Shown here piece by piece: positions 50,656 through 61,991 of a DNA stretch of 64,000 nt (its first letter is position 1; each line of letters opens with the position of its first letter). Under the pieces are notes generated by a model. It saw nothing but the letters and a program-made list of their open reading frames with translations. It did no database searches and was not told the DNA's origin. This DNA comes from Pirellulales bacterium. GTDB taxonomy: Bacteria; Planctomycetota; Planctomycetia; Pirellulales; JAICIG01. Both the position numbers and the translations under genes were made by a program. The stretch is from positions 160,001 through 224,000 of the forward strand of contig JBBDYJ010000038.1 in assembly GCA_040901675.1 (NCBI GenBank), in the 5' to 3' direction.

Positions 50656-53373
50656 ATGCGCCGACACCCCGATCTCATCGTATTTTCCCACCTCCGTTGG
50701 GACTTCGTATGGCAGCGCCCCCAGCACCTGCTCACGCGGCTCGCGGCCGACCGCCGGGTGTTCTTTATCGAGGAGCCGGTGTGCTCCGACCACGGCGAGC
50801 CTGCCTGGGACTGCCGGTCGCCTGAGCCGGGAGTGACCGTCTGCCGGCCGCGCACGCCCTGCGAAGCTCCTGGCTTTCATGACGACCAGATGCCCTATCT
50901 GTGCGACTTGGTCGAGCGTCTCCGGGAAGAAAAAGCGGTCGGCGACCATGTAGCGTGGTTCTATACGCCGATGGCCCTGCCGCTCCTGAAAGGGCTAAAC
51001 CCATGTGCCGTCGTCTACGACTGCATGGACGAGCTTTCTGGGTTCCGGGACGCCCCACCGCAGATGCTCGAGCGTGAGGCGGAGCTGCTGCGCCGAGCCG
51101 ACGTGGTGTTCACCGGCGGGCCCAGCCTCTACCAGTCGAAGAAGGACCGCCACCCCCATGTCCACTGCTTCCCCAGCAGCGTCGATCTGGCCCACTTCGG
51201 CCAAGCGAAGGGCGGCCTGGCCGACCACCCCGCACAGGCGGCCCTGCCCCACCCGCGGCTGGGCTTCTTCGGCGTCATTGATGAGCGGCTCGACGTACCG
51301 CTGCTCGACGCGGTGGCTCGGGCCCGGCCCGACTGGCAGCTCGTGCTGGTGGGCCCGGTGGTGAAAATTGACCCGGCAGACCTCCCGCACCACGCCAACA
51401 TTCATTACTTCGGCCAGCGCGCCTACCAGGACCTGCCCGCCTTTCTGACGGGCTGGGATGTGTGCCTACTGCCGTTCGCCCGCAACGAGGCGACGCGCTT
51501 CATCAGCCCGACCAAGACGCTGGAATACATGGCCGCGGAGAAACCTATTGTTAGTACGCGCATTGCCGACGTGGCCGGCCCCTACGGGGACATCGTGTAC
51601 CTGGCTGATACCGCGGAGGAGTTCACGGCGGGTTGCGCCCGGGCGCTGACGGCCAGCGCCGACGACAACGCTCGCCGTCGGGAGCAGATGCGAAGGGTGC
51701 TGGCTCGGACCTCCTGGGACCAGACCGCTCAGGGCATGAGCGACCTCCTCCAAGAGGTCGTTGCCAAGCGCCCGGATGTTACCGCAGCGCGCCACGCCCC
51801 TGCAGAATTCTGGGGCAGTGGGTCCGCCCGAACGGGCACAGACGCCGGCGGCGGTCAGCGGAGCGAACCTTCGGTGGTAGTCGTGGGTGCCGGCCCCACC
51901 GGCCTGAGCGCGGCTTACCATTTGGGTGAAGACGCCCTCCTACTGGAACAGAACGACCGCGTCGGCGGGTGGTGCCGTTCCGTCCAAGAGAACGGTTTCA
52001 CGTTCGACTTCGCCGGTCACATCATGTTCTCGAACGACCTCTACGTCCACGAGCTATACAAACTCTTGTTGGGCGACAACATCCACTGGCAGGATCGCGA
52101 AGCGTGGGTCTACAGCAGGAACGTCTACAGCCGCTACCCCTTCCAGGGCGCCCTCTACGGCCTGCCCGCGGAAGTCATTAAGGAGTGTATCTTGGGCGCC
52201 ATCGAGGCGCGATTCGGCCCCCTGAAGAATTCCAACGACAACGCGGCGCTCGTGCAGGCGGCGCCCTGCGGCGGGGCCGTGGAGGACTGCTGCGCCGATG
52301 GCGTCCTGGAGAGCACCGCCCGGCTAGTGGAGGCCAACGGCACCAACGGGGACGGTGCCGCGCCACCGGGCGGCGGGCCGCGCAATTTCGAGGAATTCAT
52401 TTACCAGGTGTGGGGGGCCGGCATCGCCAAGCACTTCGCCGTGCCGTACAACCGCAAGCTCTGGGCGGTTCCGTTGTCCGAGATGGAGACCTCCTGGCTG
52501 GGCGGCCGGGTGCCGATCCCCGACCTGGGGGAGATGATCGAAGGGGCGCTTCGGCCTGTGCCGAAGCCGATGGGTCCCAACGCCCGCTTCGGTTACCCGC
52601 TCAGGGGCGGCTTTCAGGCGCTCGTGGACGGCTTCCTCCCGCACCTTCAAGGGCCCCTCCGCTTAGGCGCCCGCGTTGCCGCGGTGTCCCCGACCCGCCG
52701 CCTTTTAACGCTCCAGGACGGGACCGAGGTCCCGTACGAGCAGTTGATCAGCACGATACCGCTGCCAGTGCTAGTCCGCTGCATGGGCGACGAAGCACCG
52801 GAGGAAGTGCGCCGGGCCGTCGCCGGCCTGCGTTACGTCTCGGTGCGCTGCATCCATCTGGGCGTCGGCCGGGAGAACCTGACGGAAAAACACTGGATTT
52901 ATTACCCCGAGGAGACGGTCTTCCACCGCATCTTTGTGCAGGGCAACGCCAGCCCCCACTGCAACCCGCCCGGCGGCTTCGGCCTGACCTGCGAGATCAC
53001 CTACCACCCCGAGTACAAGCCGCTGCCGTGCGAGGGGGACGCTCTCATCCAGCGCTGCATCGCGGACTGTCACCGAGTCGGCTTCTTCCGGCCTGAGGAC
53101 TCGATCTGGGCCGCCACCCAGTGCGACCTGCCACATGCCTACGTCGTCTACGATCACGCCCGGCCGAACAACGTGGCAACAATTCGCGATTGGCTGCTGG
53201 AGCAGGACATCGTGCTGGCCGGGCGCTATAGCGAGTGGGAATACTACAACTCCGACCACGCCTTCCTGGCCGGGAAAAAGGCGGCCGAGACGGTGCGTGA
53301 GCTGCGGGCTGCGCGAGCGCGGCCGCCGTTGTGTGAGCAGGCTGCCGGGAGTGGGTCCCTTATGGGGGGGTAG
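50656..53373 (+). CDS. GT4-like glycosyltransferase fused to an FAD-dependent UDP-galactopyranose-mutase-like oxidoreductase
   Basis: FSHLRWDFVWQRPQHL...ISPTKTLEY; then VVGAGPTGLSAA, GFTFD.AGH and GRYSEWEYYNSD. Confidence 0.88.
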   Translation: MRRHPDLIVFSHLRWDFVWQRPQHLLTRLAADRRVFFIEEPVCSDHGEPAWDCRSPEPGVTVCRPRTPCEAPGFHDDQMPYLCDLVERLREEKAVGDHVAWFYTPMALPLLKGLNPCAVVYDCMDELSGFRDAPPQMLEREAELLRRADVVFTGGPSLYQSKKDRHPHVHCFPSSVDLAHFGQAKGGLADHPAQAALPHPRLGFFGVIDERLDVPLLDAVARARPDWQLVLVGPVVKIDPADLPHHANIHYFGQRAYQDLPAFLTGWDVCLLPFARNEATRFISPTKTLEYMAAEKPIVSTRIADVAGPYGDIVYLADTAEEFTAGCARALTASADDNARRREQMRRVLARTSWDQTAQGMSDLLQEVVAKRPDVTAARHAPAEFWGSGSARTGTDAGGGQRSEPSVVVVGAGPTGLSAAYHLGEDALLLEQNDRVGGWCRSVQENGFTFDFAGHIMFSNDLYVHELYKLLLGDNIHWQDREAWVYSRNVYSRYPFQGALYGLPAEVIKECILGAIEARFGPLKNSNDNAALVQAAPCGGAVEDCCADGVLESTARLVEANGTNGDGAAPPGGGPRNFEEFIYQVWGAGIAKHFAVPYNRKLWAVPLSEMETSWLGGRVPIPDLGEMIEGALRPVPKPMGPNARFGYPLRGGFQALVDGFLPHLQGPLRLGARVAAVSPTRRLLTLQDGTEVPYEQLISTIPLPVLVRCMGDEAPEEVRRAVAGLRYVSVRCIHLGVGRENLTEKHWIYYPEETVFHRIFVQGNASPHCNPPGGFGLTCEITYHPEYKPLPCEGDALIQRCIADCHRVGFFRPEDSIWAATQCDLPHAYVVYDHARPNNVATIRDWLLEQDIVLAGRYSEWEYYNSDHAFLAGKKAAETVRELRAARARPPLCEQAAGSGSLMGG

Positions 53374-53375
53374 AC

Positions 53376-55595
53376 ATGGAAGGTACGAATAGCGCGGCGA
53401 GGCGGCTGGAGTTGTGGGGCGGCATCGAATGCACGCGCAACCGAGTCGGCGACGCCTACTTTGACCAGCTGGCCTGGAGCGGCCACGACCGGCGGCCTGA
53501 CGACCTGGACTGCATAGCGGCGATGGGCATCCGAACGCTCCGCTACCCCATCCTCTGGGAGTGCGCGGCACCGGATGACCCGCAGACGGTCGATTGGTCG
53601 TGGGCCGACGAACGCCTCGGCCGCTTGCGCTCCCTCGGCGTCTTCCCCATCGTCGGTTTAGTCCACCACGGTAGCGGACCTTCTTACACCGACCTACTAG
53701 ATTCTGCCTTCGCCCCGGCGCTGGCCGCCTTTGCCGGCCGGCTGGCGGAGCGCTTTCCCTGGGTGGAGGCCTATACGCCGGTAAATGAGCCGCTCACTAC
53801 GGCTCGCTTCAGCGCGCTCTATGGCCACTGGTATCCTCACCACCGAGACGCGCTCGCTTTCGCACGCGCGCTGCTCAACCAGTGCCGGGCCGTGGTGCTG
53901 GCGATGCGCGCGGTGCGCGAGGTCCGTCCCGATGCTCGACTCGTGCAGACCGAGGACTTGGGCAAGACCTACAGCACGCCAGCGCTCGCCTACCAAGCCG
54001 ACTTCGAGAATGAGCGCCGCTGGCTGACCTATGACCTGCTGTGCGGCCGCGTGGACCGGCACCACCCGCTGGGGCATTTCTTGCTCTGGCTCGGTGTCCT
54101 GGAGTTGGAGCTGCTCTGGTTCTGCCACAACCCCTGCCCGCCAGATGTTATCGGCATCAACCATTACCTTACCAGCGAGCGCTTTCTGGATGAGCGGGTC
54201 GATCGTTACGCGCCCGCCTGTCAAGGGGGAAATGGCCGGCACACGTATGCCGACATCGAGGCGGTGCGCGTGCGGGCCGAAGGCCTTGCGGGGCCAGAGA
54301 TACTTTTACGCGAGGCCTGGAAGCGCTACCGACTTCCCCTGGCGGTCACCGAGGCCCACCTCGGTTGCACGCGGGAGGAGCAGCTGCGCTGGCTTTGGGA
54401 GGTATGGCAGGGAGCCGCGGCCGCGCGGCGGGCCGGTGCCGATGTGCGCGCGGTCACGGTCTGGTCCCTGCTGGGGGCGTTCGACTGGGACAGCCTTATG
54501 ACGTTAGCGCGCGGCCGCTACGAGCCGGGCGCCTTTGATGTCCGCAGCTCACTCCGGCGGCCGACGGCACTGGCGGCTCTCGCCCGGGACCTGGCCCAAG
54601 GCCGACCGCCCGACCTCCCCGTGCTTGCCCAGCCCGGCTGGTGGCACCGCCCAGAGCGGATGCTTGGCGTCAGCGCGGCGCCGCTGCCCGAGTCGGCGGG
54701 GCCTTCCCTGGTAATCACTGGAGCGACTGGGACGCTCGGCCGCGCTTTCGCCCGCGTCTGCACCGCCCGCGGCCTTCTATTTCGGCTGCTGCGGCGGGCG
54801 GAGATGGACATCGCGAACCGCAAGCAGGTGGACGCGGTCTTCGACCGCTACAACCCCTGGGCGGTAATCAATGCAGCGGGCTATGTCCGGGTCGACGACG
54901 CGGAGCGGGAGCCGGGCCCCTGCTTCCGAGAGAATGTGCGCGGTGCTGCTGCCCTGGCCGCCGCCTGCGCCGGGGCCGGGATCCCGCTGGTCACGTTTTC
55001 CTCCGACCTCGTCTTCGATGGCCAGCAGGGCAGCCCCTACCGGGAACAAGATACGGTTGGCCCACTGGGTGTCTACGGCCGGACGAAGGCCGAGGCGGAG
55101 CGGCGGGTGCTAGCGCTACACCCCAGGGCCCTCGTCATCCGCACCAGCGCCTTTTTCGGCCCGTGGGACGAGTACAACTTCGTGACGGCCGGGTTGCGTA
55201 CCCTTCGGGCCGGGCTGCCATTCCCGGCCGCGGATGACACGATTGTCTCGCCGACTTACGTGCCGGACCTAGTCCACGCCTGCCTGGACCTTCTGATCGA
55301 CGCCGAGTCCGGCGTCTGGCACTTGGCCAACCAGGGGGAGACGACCTGGGCGGGGTTCGCCCGGCGCGCCGCCGCCCTAGCCGAGCTGGACCCGAAAGGC
55401 GTGCAGGGCCTACCGTCTGCGGCACTGGGCCTGGCTGCGCAGCGGCCGAAGTACGCGCCGCTGATTAGCGAGCGCGGCTTTCTTCTGCCGCCGCTAGAGG
55501 ATGCCCTTGGCCGCTATTTCCGGGACGGGCCGCTGAGCGCACCGGCCCCAACTCCGGACCCTGCCGAGCAGAGTGTTCTCGCATGCGCGCACTAA
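53376..55595 (+). CDS. GH1-like glycoside hydrolase fused to an RmlD-like reductase
   Basis: WGGIECT, TPVNEP and AVTEAH; then [17 protein letters not shown] and YGRTK. Confidence 0.88.
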   Translation: MEGTNSAARRLELWGGIECTRNRVGDAYFDQLAWSGHDRRPDDLDCIAAMGIRTLRYPILWECAAPDDPQTVDWSWADERLGRLRSLGVFPIVGLVHHGSGPSYTDLLDSAFAPALAAFAGRLAERFPWVEAYTPVNEPLTTARFSALYGHWYPHHRDALAFARALLNQCRAVVLAMRAVREVRPDARLVQTEDLGKTYSTPALAYQADFENERRWLTYDLLCGRVDRHHPLGHFLLWLGVLELELLWFCHNPCPPDVIGINHYLTSERFLDERVDRYAPACQGGNGRHTYADIEAVRVRAEGLAGPEILLREAWKRYRLPLAVTEAHLGCTREEQLRWLWEVWQGAAAARRAGADVRAVTVWSLLGAFDWDSLMTLARGRYEPGAFDVRSSLRRPTALAALARDLAQGRPPDLPVLAQPGWWHRPERMLGVSAAPLPESAGPSLVITGATGTLGRAFARVCTARGLLFRLLRRAEMDIANRKQVDAVFDRYNPWAVINAAGYVRVDDAEREPGPCFRENVRGAAALAAACAGAGIPLVTFSSDLVFDGQQGSPYREQDTVGPLGVYGRTKAEAERRVLALHPRALVIRTSAFFGPWDEYNFVTAGLRTLRAGLPFPAADDTIVSPTYVPDLVHACLDLLIDAESGVWHLANQGETTWAGFARRAAALAELDPKGVQGLPSAALGLAAQRPKYAPLISERGFLLPPLEDALGRYFRDGPLSAPAPTPDPAEQSVLACAH

Positions 55596-55994
55596 GTTCA
55601 CTGGACCGGCTCGCGGAGACCGCGGAGGGAACGTTCTCCCGCCGGTTCGGCCGGCCACCGAGCTGGCTCGTCGTCGCGCCCGGGCGTATCAACCTGATCG
55701 GCGAACACACAGACTACAACGATGGCTTCGTGCTTCCGATGGCCATCGACCGCCATATAGCCATTGCTGCGGATCGGCGTCATCGGCTCGCGCATGACCG
55801 GTGGGGGCTTCGGCGGCAGCACCGTCAGCCTCGTGCGTCGCGATGCGGCCGAGGCAATCGCCCGAATCGTCACGGAACACTACCTCCGCCGCACCGGCCG
55901 CGCGGCAACGGCGTTCACCTCCCGGCCCGTCGATGGGGCTCGCGTGATGAAGGCACCCCATGGTGTGCCGCTTGCCGCGCTTCAGGAGAACTGA
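55583..55994 (+). pseudogene. galK: Galactokinase remnant (large internal deletion)
   Basis: [24 protein letters not shown] joined out of frame to [11 protein letters not shown]. Confidence 0.9.
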
Positions 55995-56090
55995 TAAGCT
56001 TCATCGACCCACCCGACTGTGAAACCTCCCCACACCGGCGGTGTAACGCGCTGACCGGCGAGTCGGTCCTCGTCTCCCGCACGTGCAGGT
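55990..56090 (+). pseudogene. galT: Galactose-1-phosphate uridylyltransferase N-terminal remnant
   Basis: [16 protein letters not shown] resembles the GalT N-terminus PHRRxNPLTGEWVLVS and lies between galK and galE. Confidence 0.6.
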
Positions 56091-56231
56091 CTGCGCCCTC
56101 AAAGCCTTTGCCAAACGAGCCAGCCGAGGAAAACTGGCAGCAGGCAGCGTACTGCTTGTCGTGCCTTTTTGGGTGTCCCCTTTCCGTACTCAATGGGCTG
56201 GCACGGGGCACCGTACGCGGACGGAGATTAG

Positions 56232-56372
<141 letters not shown>

Positions 56373-56407
56373 TAGATTCCCTGAGTGCTTTCCCTATCGG
56401 AGGCTTT

Positions 56408-57391
56408 ATGCGCATTGTAGTCACCGGCGGCGCGGGTTACATCGGCAGCCACGCGGCCCGCCTCTTTGCAAACCGGGGCCACCAAGTCTGGGTCTATGAC
56501 AACCTGAGCCGGGGCCACGCGCAAGCGGTCCAGGATGGACGGCTTATCGTCGGCGACCTCGCGGATGGCCTCGCCCTCGAAGACGTGCTGCGGCGGGAGA
56601 GGATCGACGCTGTGGTGCACTTCGCCCCCTGACATACGTTGGTGAGTCGGTGCGTGAGCCGGCCCTGTACTACCGCAATAATGTCGGCGGCACCCTGAGC
56701 CTTCTCGACGCCATGCGTCAGGGCGGGGTGGGCCGACTCGTCTTTTCCAGCACGGCGGCGGTTTACGGCGTGCCGCGCCGCGTGCCCATCACGGAGGATG
56801 ACCCGCTAGCGCCGATAAACCCCTATGGCCGGTCCAAACTGGCGATGGAGTGGGCGTTGGCCCCGATCACGCCGCGGCCTACGGGCTCGGCTTCATCGCG
56901 CTGCGCTACTTCAACGCGGCCGGCGCCAGCCTGGACGGGGCCCTCGGGGAGGACCACCACCCCGAGACTCACCTGATCCCGATCGTACTCCAGGCGGCGC
57001 TGGGGATTCGCGCGGAGGTGGAGGTCTTCGGCACTGATTACCCAACCCCAGACGGCACCTGCGCCCGGGACTACATCCATGTGGACGACCTTGCCGAAGC
57101 CCACCTGCTGGCGCTGGAAAGGTTAGAGCCGGGACAGGGGAGGGCCTACAACCTGGGGATTGGCACGGGCTACAGCGTGCGGGAGGTACTCGCGGCGTGT
57201 GAGGAGGTTACCGGTCGGCGTATTCCGGTGCAGTTCGGGCCGCGCCGTTCGGGGGACCCTCCCGCGTTGGTGGCGTCTGCCGAGGGGCGAGGCGCGAGCT
57301 GGGCTGGCAGCCCCGGCATCCCGACTTGCGAGAGGTCGTGGAAACGGCGTGGCGTTGGCACCGGGTCCACCCGCGGGGCTACGACGGCTGA
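56408..57391 (+). pseudogene. galE: UDP-glucose 4-epimerase, frameshifted
   Basis: [33 protein letters not shown] and RDYIHV motifs; frameshifts near 56627, 56860 and 57285. Confidence 0.9.
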
Positions 57392-57582
57392 GGCGGACGC
57401 CGCAGTCAATGGCCGCAGACTTCGCGCACGCGGGAAAGGACGGTTTGGCCACTGGGAGGATTCTGAGCTACCGCGTTGGCCTCTCAGCGAGCAGGGGGGC
57501 GCCGACCCAGTGATTAAGGCTCCTGATGGCGCCCCGGATGTGCTTACGGGACGCGGGGACTCCTAGGTCCGCAACAGGCACT

Positions 57583-57598
57583 TGGCACATGTTTTGCT
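57583..57598 (+). promoter_or_regulatory. Sigma54 promoter
   Basis: TGGCACA-TGTT-TTGCT. Confidence 0.7.
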
Positions 57599-57648
57599 AC
57601 GTTGGGACTGTCTGTCATCTGCCAGCAGGTTCCCACCTCGGAGACTTT

Positions 57649-57838
57649 GATGAGCGTTCAAGCTATCCCGTATTCGCCAAAGGCTAGTCCATCGGTGCTA
57701 GTGGAGAAGCCGCAATACTTCCTGCCAAAGGCACCTCCTCGAGACCTCGAACAGGTACCGGCTGCGGACCCGGATGGATTGGAAGCCGAGGACTTTCGCG
57801 CACGCTGGTGGCCGGGGGCGGACATTAGTGAGGAGTGA
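57649..57838 (+). CDS. Possible small protein
   Basis: SD GGAG and ATG about 50 nt after the sigma54 site; no recognisable family. ATG position approximate. Confidence 0.35.
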
Positions 57839-57945
57839 CTCGGCAGCGTGAGGGTCAAGCTGACCATTATGGCGGCAGCCTCGGTGCGCCCGCCGCTGGT
57901 GTCACGCCGGGGGCGCAGGCCCGGCCAGGGCGGAGAGGCTTTGGC

Positions 57946-59133
57946 ATGCACGGGTTCATGTTCGCGACCGGCATCGAGAACAGCTACCCCACGATCGCTG
58001 GCCGCGTCCGCATCGATCAGATGGAGAAGTGCGGCCACTACCAGCACTGGCGGGAGGATCTCCACCTCGTCCGCGAACTTGGCATCCACTACCTTCGTTG
58101 GGGACCTGCTCTCCATCGCACGTTCCTCGGCCCGAACTCTTATGATTGGGCGTGGTTCGACGATGTCATAGACGAGATGAATGGAATGGACATCCAGCCC
58201 ATTCTCGACCTCTGCCACTTCGGCGTCCCCGACTGGCTGGGCAACTTCCAGAATGAGGACTTCCCCCACTACTTCGCCGAGTACGCCGGCGCCTGCGCCC
58301 GCCGTTACCCCGGTGTCAAATACTGGACCCCGGTCAACGAGATCCTGATCACCACCCTCTTCTCGGCCAAATACGGCTGGTGGAACGAGATGCTTACCGC
58401 GGACGTGGCCTATGTCCGCGCCACGGTCAATCTCTGCAGGGCGAATCTGCTAGCCATGCAGGCAATTCTCCGACACGTCCCCGACGCGATCTTCATCCAG
58501 AGCGAGTCGAGCGAATACACTCACCCTTCCCGGCCAGACCTCGTCAAGGCCGCTTGGTTCTACAACGAACGCCGATTCCTGCCGCTCGACTTGACCTACG
58601 GCCACCAGGTCAGCGCCGCCATCTACCGCTACCTCACCACCCACGGCATGAGTGAAGCGGACTACGACTTCTTCATGAACCAGAACTACCGGTTCCGCTG
58701 CATTATGGGGACCGACTACTACGTCACCAACGAGCACCTGCTCAAGCCGGACGGCACGACGGTATCCTCGGGCGAGTTCTTCGGTTACTACGTGCTGGCC
58801 CGGCAGTACTACAGCCGCTATGGGCTACCCCTGATGCACACCGAGACGAACATCCGCGAGGAGCAGGGGGCCACGCAATGGCTATGGAAGGAATGGAATA
58901 CACTCTTGCGACTGCGCCAGGATGGCGTGCCTATTGTCGGCTTCACGTGGTACAGCTTGACCGACCAGATTGATTGGGACATCGCGCTGCGCGAGGAGCG
59001 GAATCAACCCCACCCGGTGGGCTTATACGGGCTCGACCGCAAGCCGCGTCGCGTAGGCAAGGAATATCGTCGGCTTATCGACGAGTGGCGCGAGTTCCTA
59101 CCGACGGGATCGTCCGCCTTGATGCTCGTTTGA
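57946..59133 (+). CDS. GH1-like glycoside hydrolase
   Basis: FMFATGIENS, DLCHFGVPDW, TPVNEI, MHTETN and GFTWYSL.DQ.DW motifs. Confidence 0.88.
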   Translation: MHGFMFATGIENSYPTIAGRVRIDQMEKCGHYQHWREDLHLVRELGIHYLRWGPALHRTFLGPNSYDWAWFDDVIDEMNGMDIQPILDLCHFGVPDWLGNFQNEDFPHYFAEYAGACARRYPGVKYWTPVNEILITTLFSAKYGWWNEMLTADVAYVRATVNLCRANLLAMQAILRHVPDAIFIQSESSEYTHPSRPDLVKAAWFYNERRFLPLDLTYGHQVSAAIYRYLTTHGMSEADYDFFMNQNYRFRCIMGTDYYVTNEHLLKPDGTTVSSGEFFGYYVLARQYYSRYGLPLMHTETNIREEQGATQWLWKEWNTLLRLRQDGVPIVGFTWYSLTDQIDWDIALREERNQPHPVGLYGLDRKPRRVGKEYRRLIDEWREFLPTGSSALMLV

Positions 59134-59158
59134 GATAGGCATTCCCAGCAGCCGATAT

Positions 59159-59305
59159 ATGGTCCGCATCCGGCGGCTGACGCCTTGGCTCACGCGGCGG
59201 GGCATCCGCTTCAAGGCCAACTCGCCCGGCGCCCGGCTGCTGGTCGAGCAGCTGCGGGACTTCCCGAATGCCGACCACGACGACGGCCCCGACGCCCTGG
59301 ATCAC
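59159..59305 (+). pseudogene. Phage terminase large subunit, C-terminal fragment
   Basis: LVEQLRDFPNADHDDGPDAL (FP...HDD..DA nuclease motif). Confidence 0.7.
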
Positions 59306-59349
59306 GCCTCGCATGAATTGTTTCCGCCGGGCATCCTCTTGCGCTATGT

Positions 59350-59590
59350 AAAGGACGCTCCTGGGCGGCCAGTCGCTCGACCCGCTCGGTCGCCTGGCCG
59401 CGCGCCTGGCGGACCGTTTCGGCGACGAGCTGCGGGTCCCGGCCGATGCACTTGATCTGGTCGACGACAAACCGCTCGATCTCGCCAGCCGGGATCGACT
59501 GCGACGGGCAGGATTGCCGGCCCCTTTTCTGGGCGGCCGTGCAGACGTAGTACCGGTAGCGCTTGGTCGCGTCCCGCGTGGCGTGCGTGG
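59350..59590 (-). pseudogene. Large serine recombinase zinc-ribbon fragment
   Basis: KRYRYYVCTAAQKRGRQSCPSQSIPAGEIERFVVDQI. Confidence 0.8.
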
Positions 59591-60004
59591 CCACGGCGCT
59601 GAGCGACTTGTAGACCTCGCCTTCGTACTCGAAGCCCGCGGGCAGCACGGTCACCTCGAGCGTCTCACCCTTGTAGACGCGGGTGATCGTTGAGCCGGGC
59701 GGCGGGACCCGCCCGTCGCCGCTCGCCGGCAACCTTGTCGTCCTGGTCCGCATGGACGCCTGGGGCGTCTGGGGCGGCGACTTGGGTGGACTGCGCCGAA
59801 GGTCGGCATCGTTGGCCAGCTCCGCGGCCCGCCGACGGGCACGCTCGGAGAGGTCGCCCTCGGCCAGGGCCTGTAACCGCCAGATGATCCGCTTGACCAG
59901 CCAGTCCTTGTGCCGGGGTTGGTCGTCTCGCCGAACGCCTCTGCGTAGCGGCCTCGCAGCTCGCCGACCGTCATGCGGCGTAGCGCGGCCAGTTCCTTCG
60001 ACAC
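59590..60004 (-). pseudogene. DUF2924 family protein remnant
   Basis: LAALRRMTVGELRGRY...KRIIWRLQA..EGDLS...PGSTITRVYKG...FEYEG..YKSLSAVA; frameshifted. Confidence 0.8.
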
Positions 60005-60015
60005 GGAGAACCTCT

Positions 60016-60858
60016 ATGGCGGCCTCAGGCATCGATGACGTGCTCTTTCCCGAATCGAACGTCGATTCGGTCGCGGCAAATCTGTGGGCTCGAACAATCG
60101 ACCTGGACGGTAATGGGCTCCTGGATGCGTTGCGCGTGTTGTTGGCTCGGGCCGAAGAGATCAAAGCTGCGCATTCACGCGCTGCGACCTTCGCGCAAGA
60201 TGTCATAGCGGGCCGGCACATTCCTGAGTAGGAGGAATTCGACGGTGAACTTCTCGAGGCGTGGTATGAAACGACGTGCCTCAAGTGGTTTCTCGCCCGC
60301 GCGTTGAAAGCGCTTTCCGAGGGCGTAGAGTACGACGTCCACCAAAAGCAAAACACCATGCGTCGGATTCGCAGTATCGTCTACGGCGACGAAGGCGAAG
60401 TCGAGAGCTATGCGCTCGAGGAGAAGTAGGAGCGTCAGCCGATGTCCGCTTGGTCGTTTGAAGTTAAGGATGGCCGCCTGGCAACGTTGCCGGTTGCTCT
60501 GGTTGCCGTGATTGAAGAGGATCGGCGACTCAACGCCGAGTTTTGCCTTGTCGCCGAAGCAGGAGCGTTGTTGAACGAGCCGGACGAGCGGCTGATGGAG
60601 TGCATTCTGAAACGGGACAGCCCGACAGAGGTCATCGCTCGGTTGGGGCATGTCTGCGCGTGGCTTTTTGATCACCTGGAAATCGAGCTCGGTCAGCATT
60701 TTCGATGGAATTACTTGAAGCTTTCGTTCGTCAATTTGAAGCCGCTCCAGTCGGACGACGGTTCAAGGTCCGGCAGGATGACCACGAATCATCCTGATCT
60801 GCCTACTCCGTCTGAACAGCCTGCAGCTTCAGAAATCCCTCAATTTGGAGCGTGCTGA
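60016..60858 (+). pseudogene. Hypothetical reading frame interrupted by two in-frame TAG codons
   Basis: One frame, with TAG at 60229 and 60427. Confidence 0.45.
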
Positions 60859-61344
60859 CAGGTGAGGGCAGCCTGCCCGGCGATGGGCGGCTTAAGGCAA
60901 TGCCGATGGGCCCCAATCGGCCTGGTAGATCGACTCGGCGAATCCGGTGACGGTCTGGCATGGGGAAGTTCGGGCGTTTGCGGGCGAAGCCTGGGAAGAC
61001 GTCCGTGCCGAGGCCGTGAAACGGAAGGCTGCGGGCGGCTAGCCCGCTCCGACGCCAGCCAGTCAGCCCGCCCATCTTGTCCCCGCTTATCGGACCAAAG
61101 ATTGGCTCCCCGGTGCGATTGGTTTAGGGCGGAAATTGATTCCGCAACGTGGGGGCATGGTGCCGCCCGGGTGGGCAGGGCCGTCCCCAGCGAAGACAAC
61201 TGAACTAGCCCGCAGAAGGTTTTTTGGTCATAACCTCCGGCCCAGTTGTCGATTGCAGTCCTGGTGCCGACGACATTGTTGACTGCCGAAAGGCCGCTGT
61301 TAGACTTGAATCTGCCAGTTACTAGCCCGCCTGGATGCCCCTCT

Positions 61345-61749
61345 ATGGAACTCGACTTTGCCATGCTTGCCAGCAACGCGGAGTTGGCGGCGAGCGGTAA
61401 TTTGCATATTTTCGGCGGAGGATTCAATCGCATCCAAGTTCCAACCGTTCCGGCAACCCCAGTGCCATTCAAGTTGGTGGCACGTGCGTTCATTCCCCCC
61501 GAGGATGTCAGCCAGGAGCATTGGCTCTCGCTTGAGTTAACCAATCCCAGCGGAGAGCGGTCGATCATCACAGAGAGGTCCCCACTGGCGTTTACGCCGG
61601 CCGCTGAAGAATCCCGGCTAAACGCAGTCCTTCTTCTTACCCTAGTCATCGCATTCAAGTCCTACGGCCTTTATCAATTCCACCTTGGAATCGACGGACA
61701 GCAACTCAAGACAATTCCGGTGACAATCACCGCGTCCAAACCAGAGTAA
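61345..61749 (+). CDS. DUF6941-like beta-sandwich protein
   Basis: MELDFAMLA..A....GNLHIFGGGF...FKSYGLYQFHLGIDG..LKTIPV. Confidence 0.7.
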   Translation: MELDFAMLASNAELAASGNLHIFGGGFNRIQVPTVPATPVPFKLVARAFIPPEDVSQEHWLSLELTNPSGERSIITERSPLAFTPAAEESRLNAVLLLTLVIAFKSYGLYQFHLGIDGQQLKTIPVTITASKPE

Positions 61750-61754
61750 GCGAC

Positions 61755-61985
61755 ATGCCCAGTTTCTACAGCACGGCCGCCGTGGCCGAACTCACGGTCG
61801 TAAGCGGTCGGGACCAGGTCACGGCGGAACTGTACAGCGAGCAGTATCCGATCTTCCTGACGTTGGGTGACGCGGAATACGAGGACGAGGACGACTGGGA
61901 TCAACTCAACCGCGAAGCCCTTTCTGGCGAGGAAATCGACGCGATTGCGGATTATTTGCGGTCCACAGGCCAAGCATCCGCATGA
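61755..61985 (+). CDS. Small acidic protein, putative antitoxin
   Basis: 76 aa, D/E-rich, tightly spaced between its neighbours. Confidence 0.6.
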   Translation: MPSFYSTAAVAELTVVSGRDQVTAELYSEQYPIFLTLGDAEYEDEDDWDQLNREALSGEEIDAIADYLRSTGQASA

Positions 61986-61991
61986 CGCTCA

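Noticed and set aside
56630..56632. TGA in galE as selenocysteine or read-through
   Set aside because: It arises from a 1-nt deletion in the HFAALTYVGES codons, and the continuation is in another frame.
60862..61203. ORFs between the TAG-broken frame and the DUF6941-like gene
   Set aside because: No recognisable motifs or start signals; probably decayed sequence.
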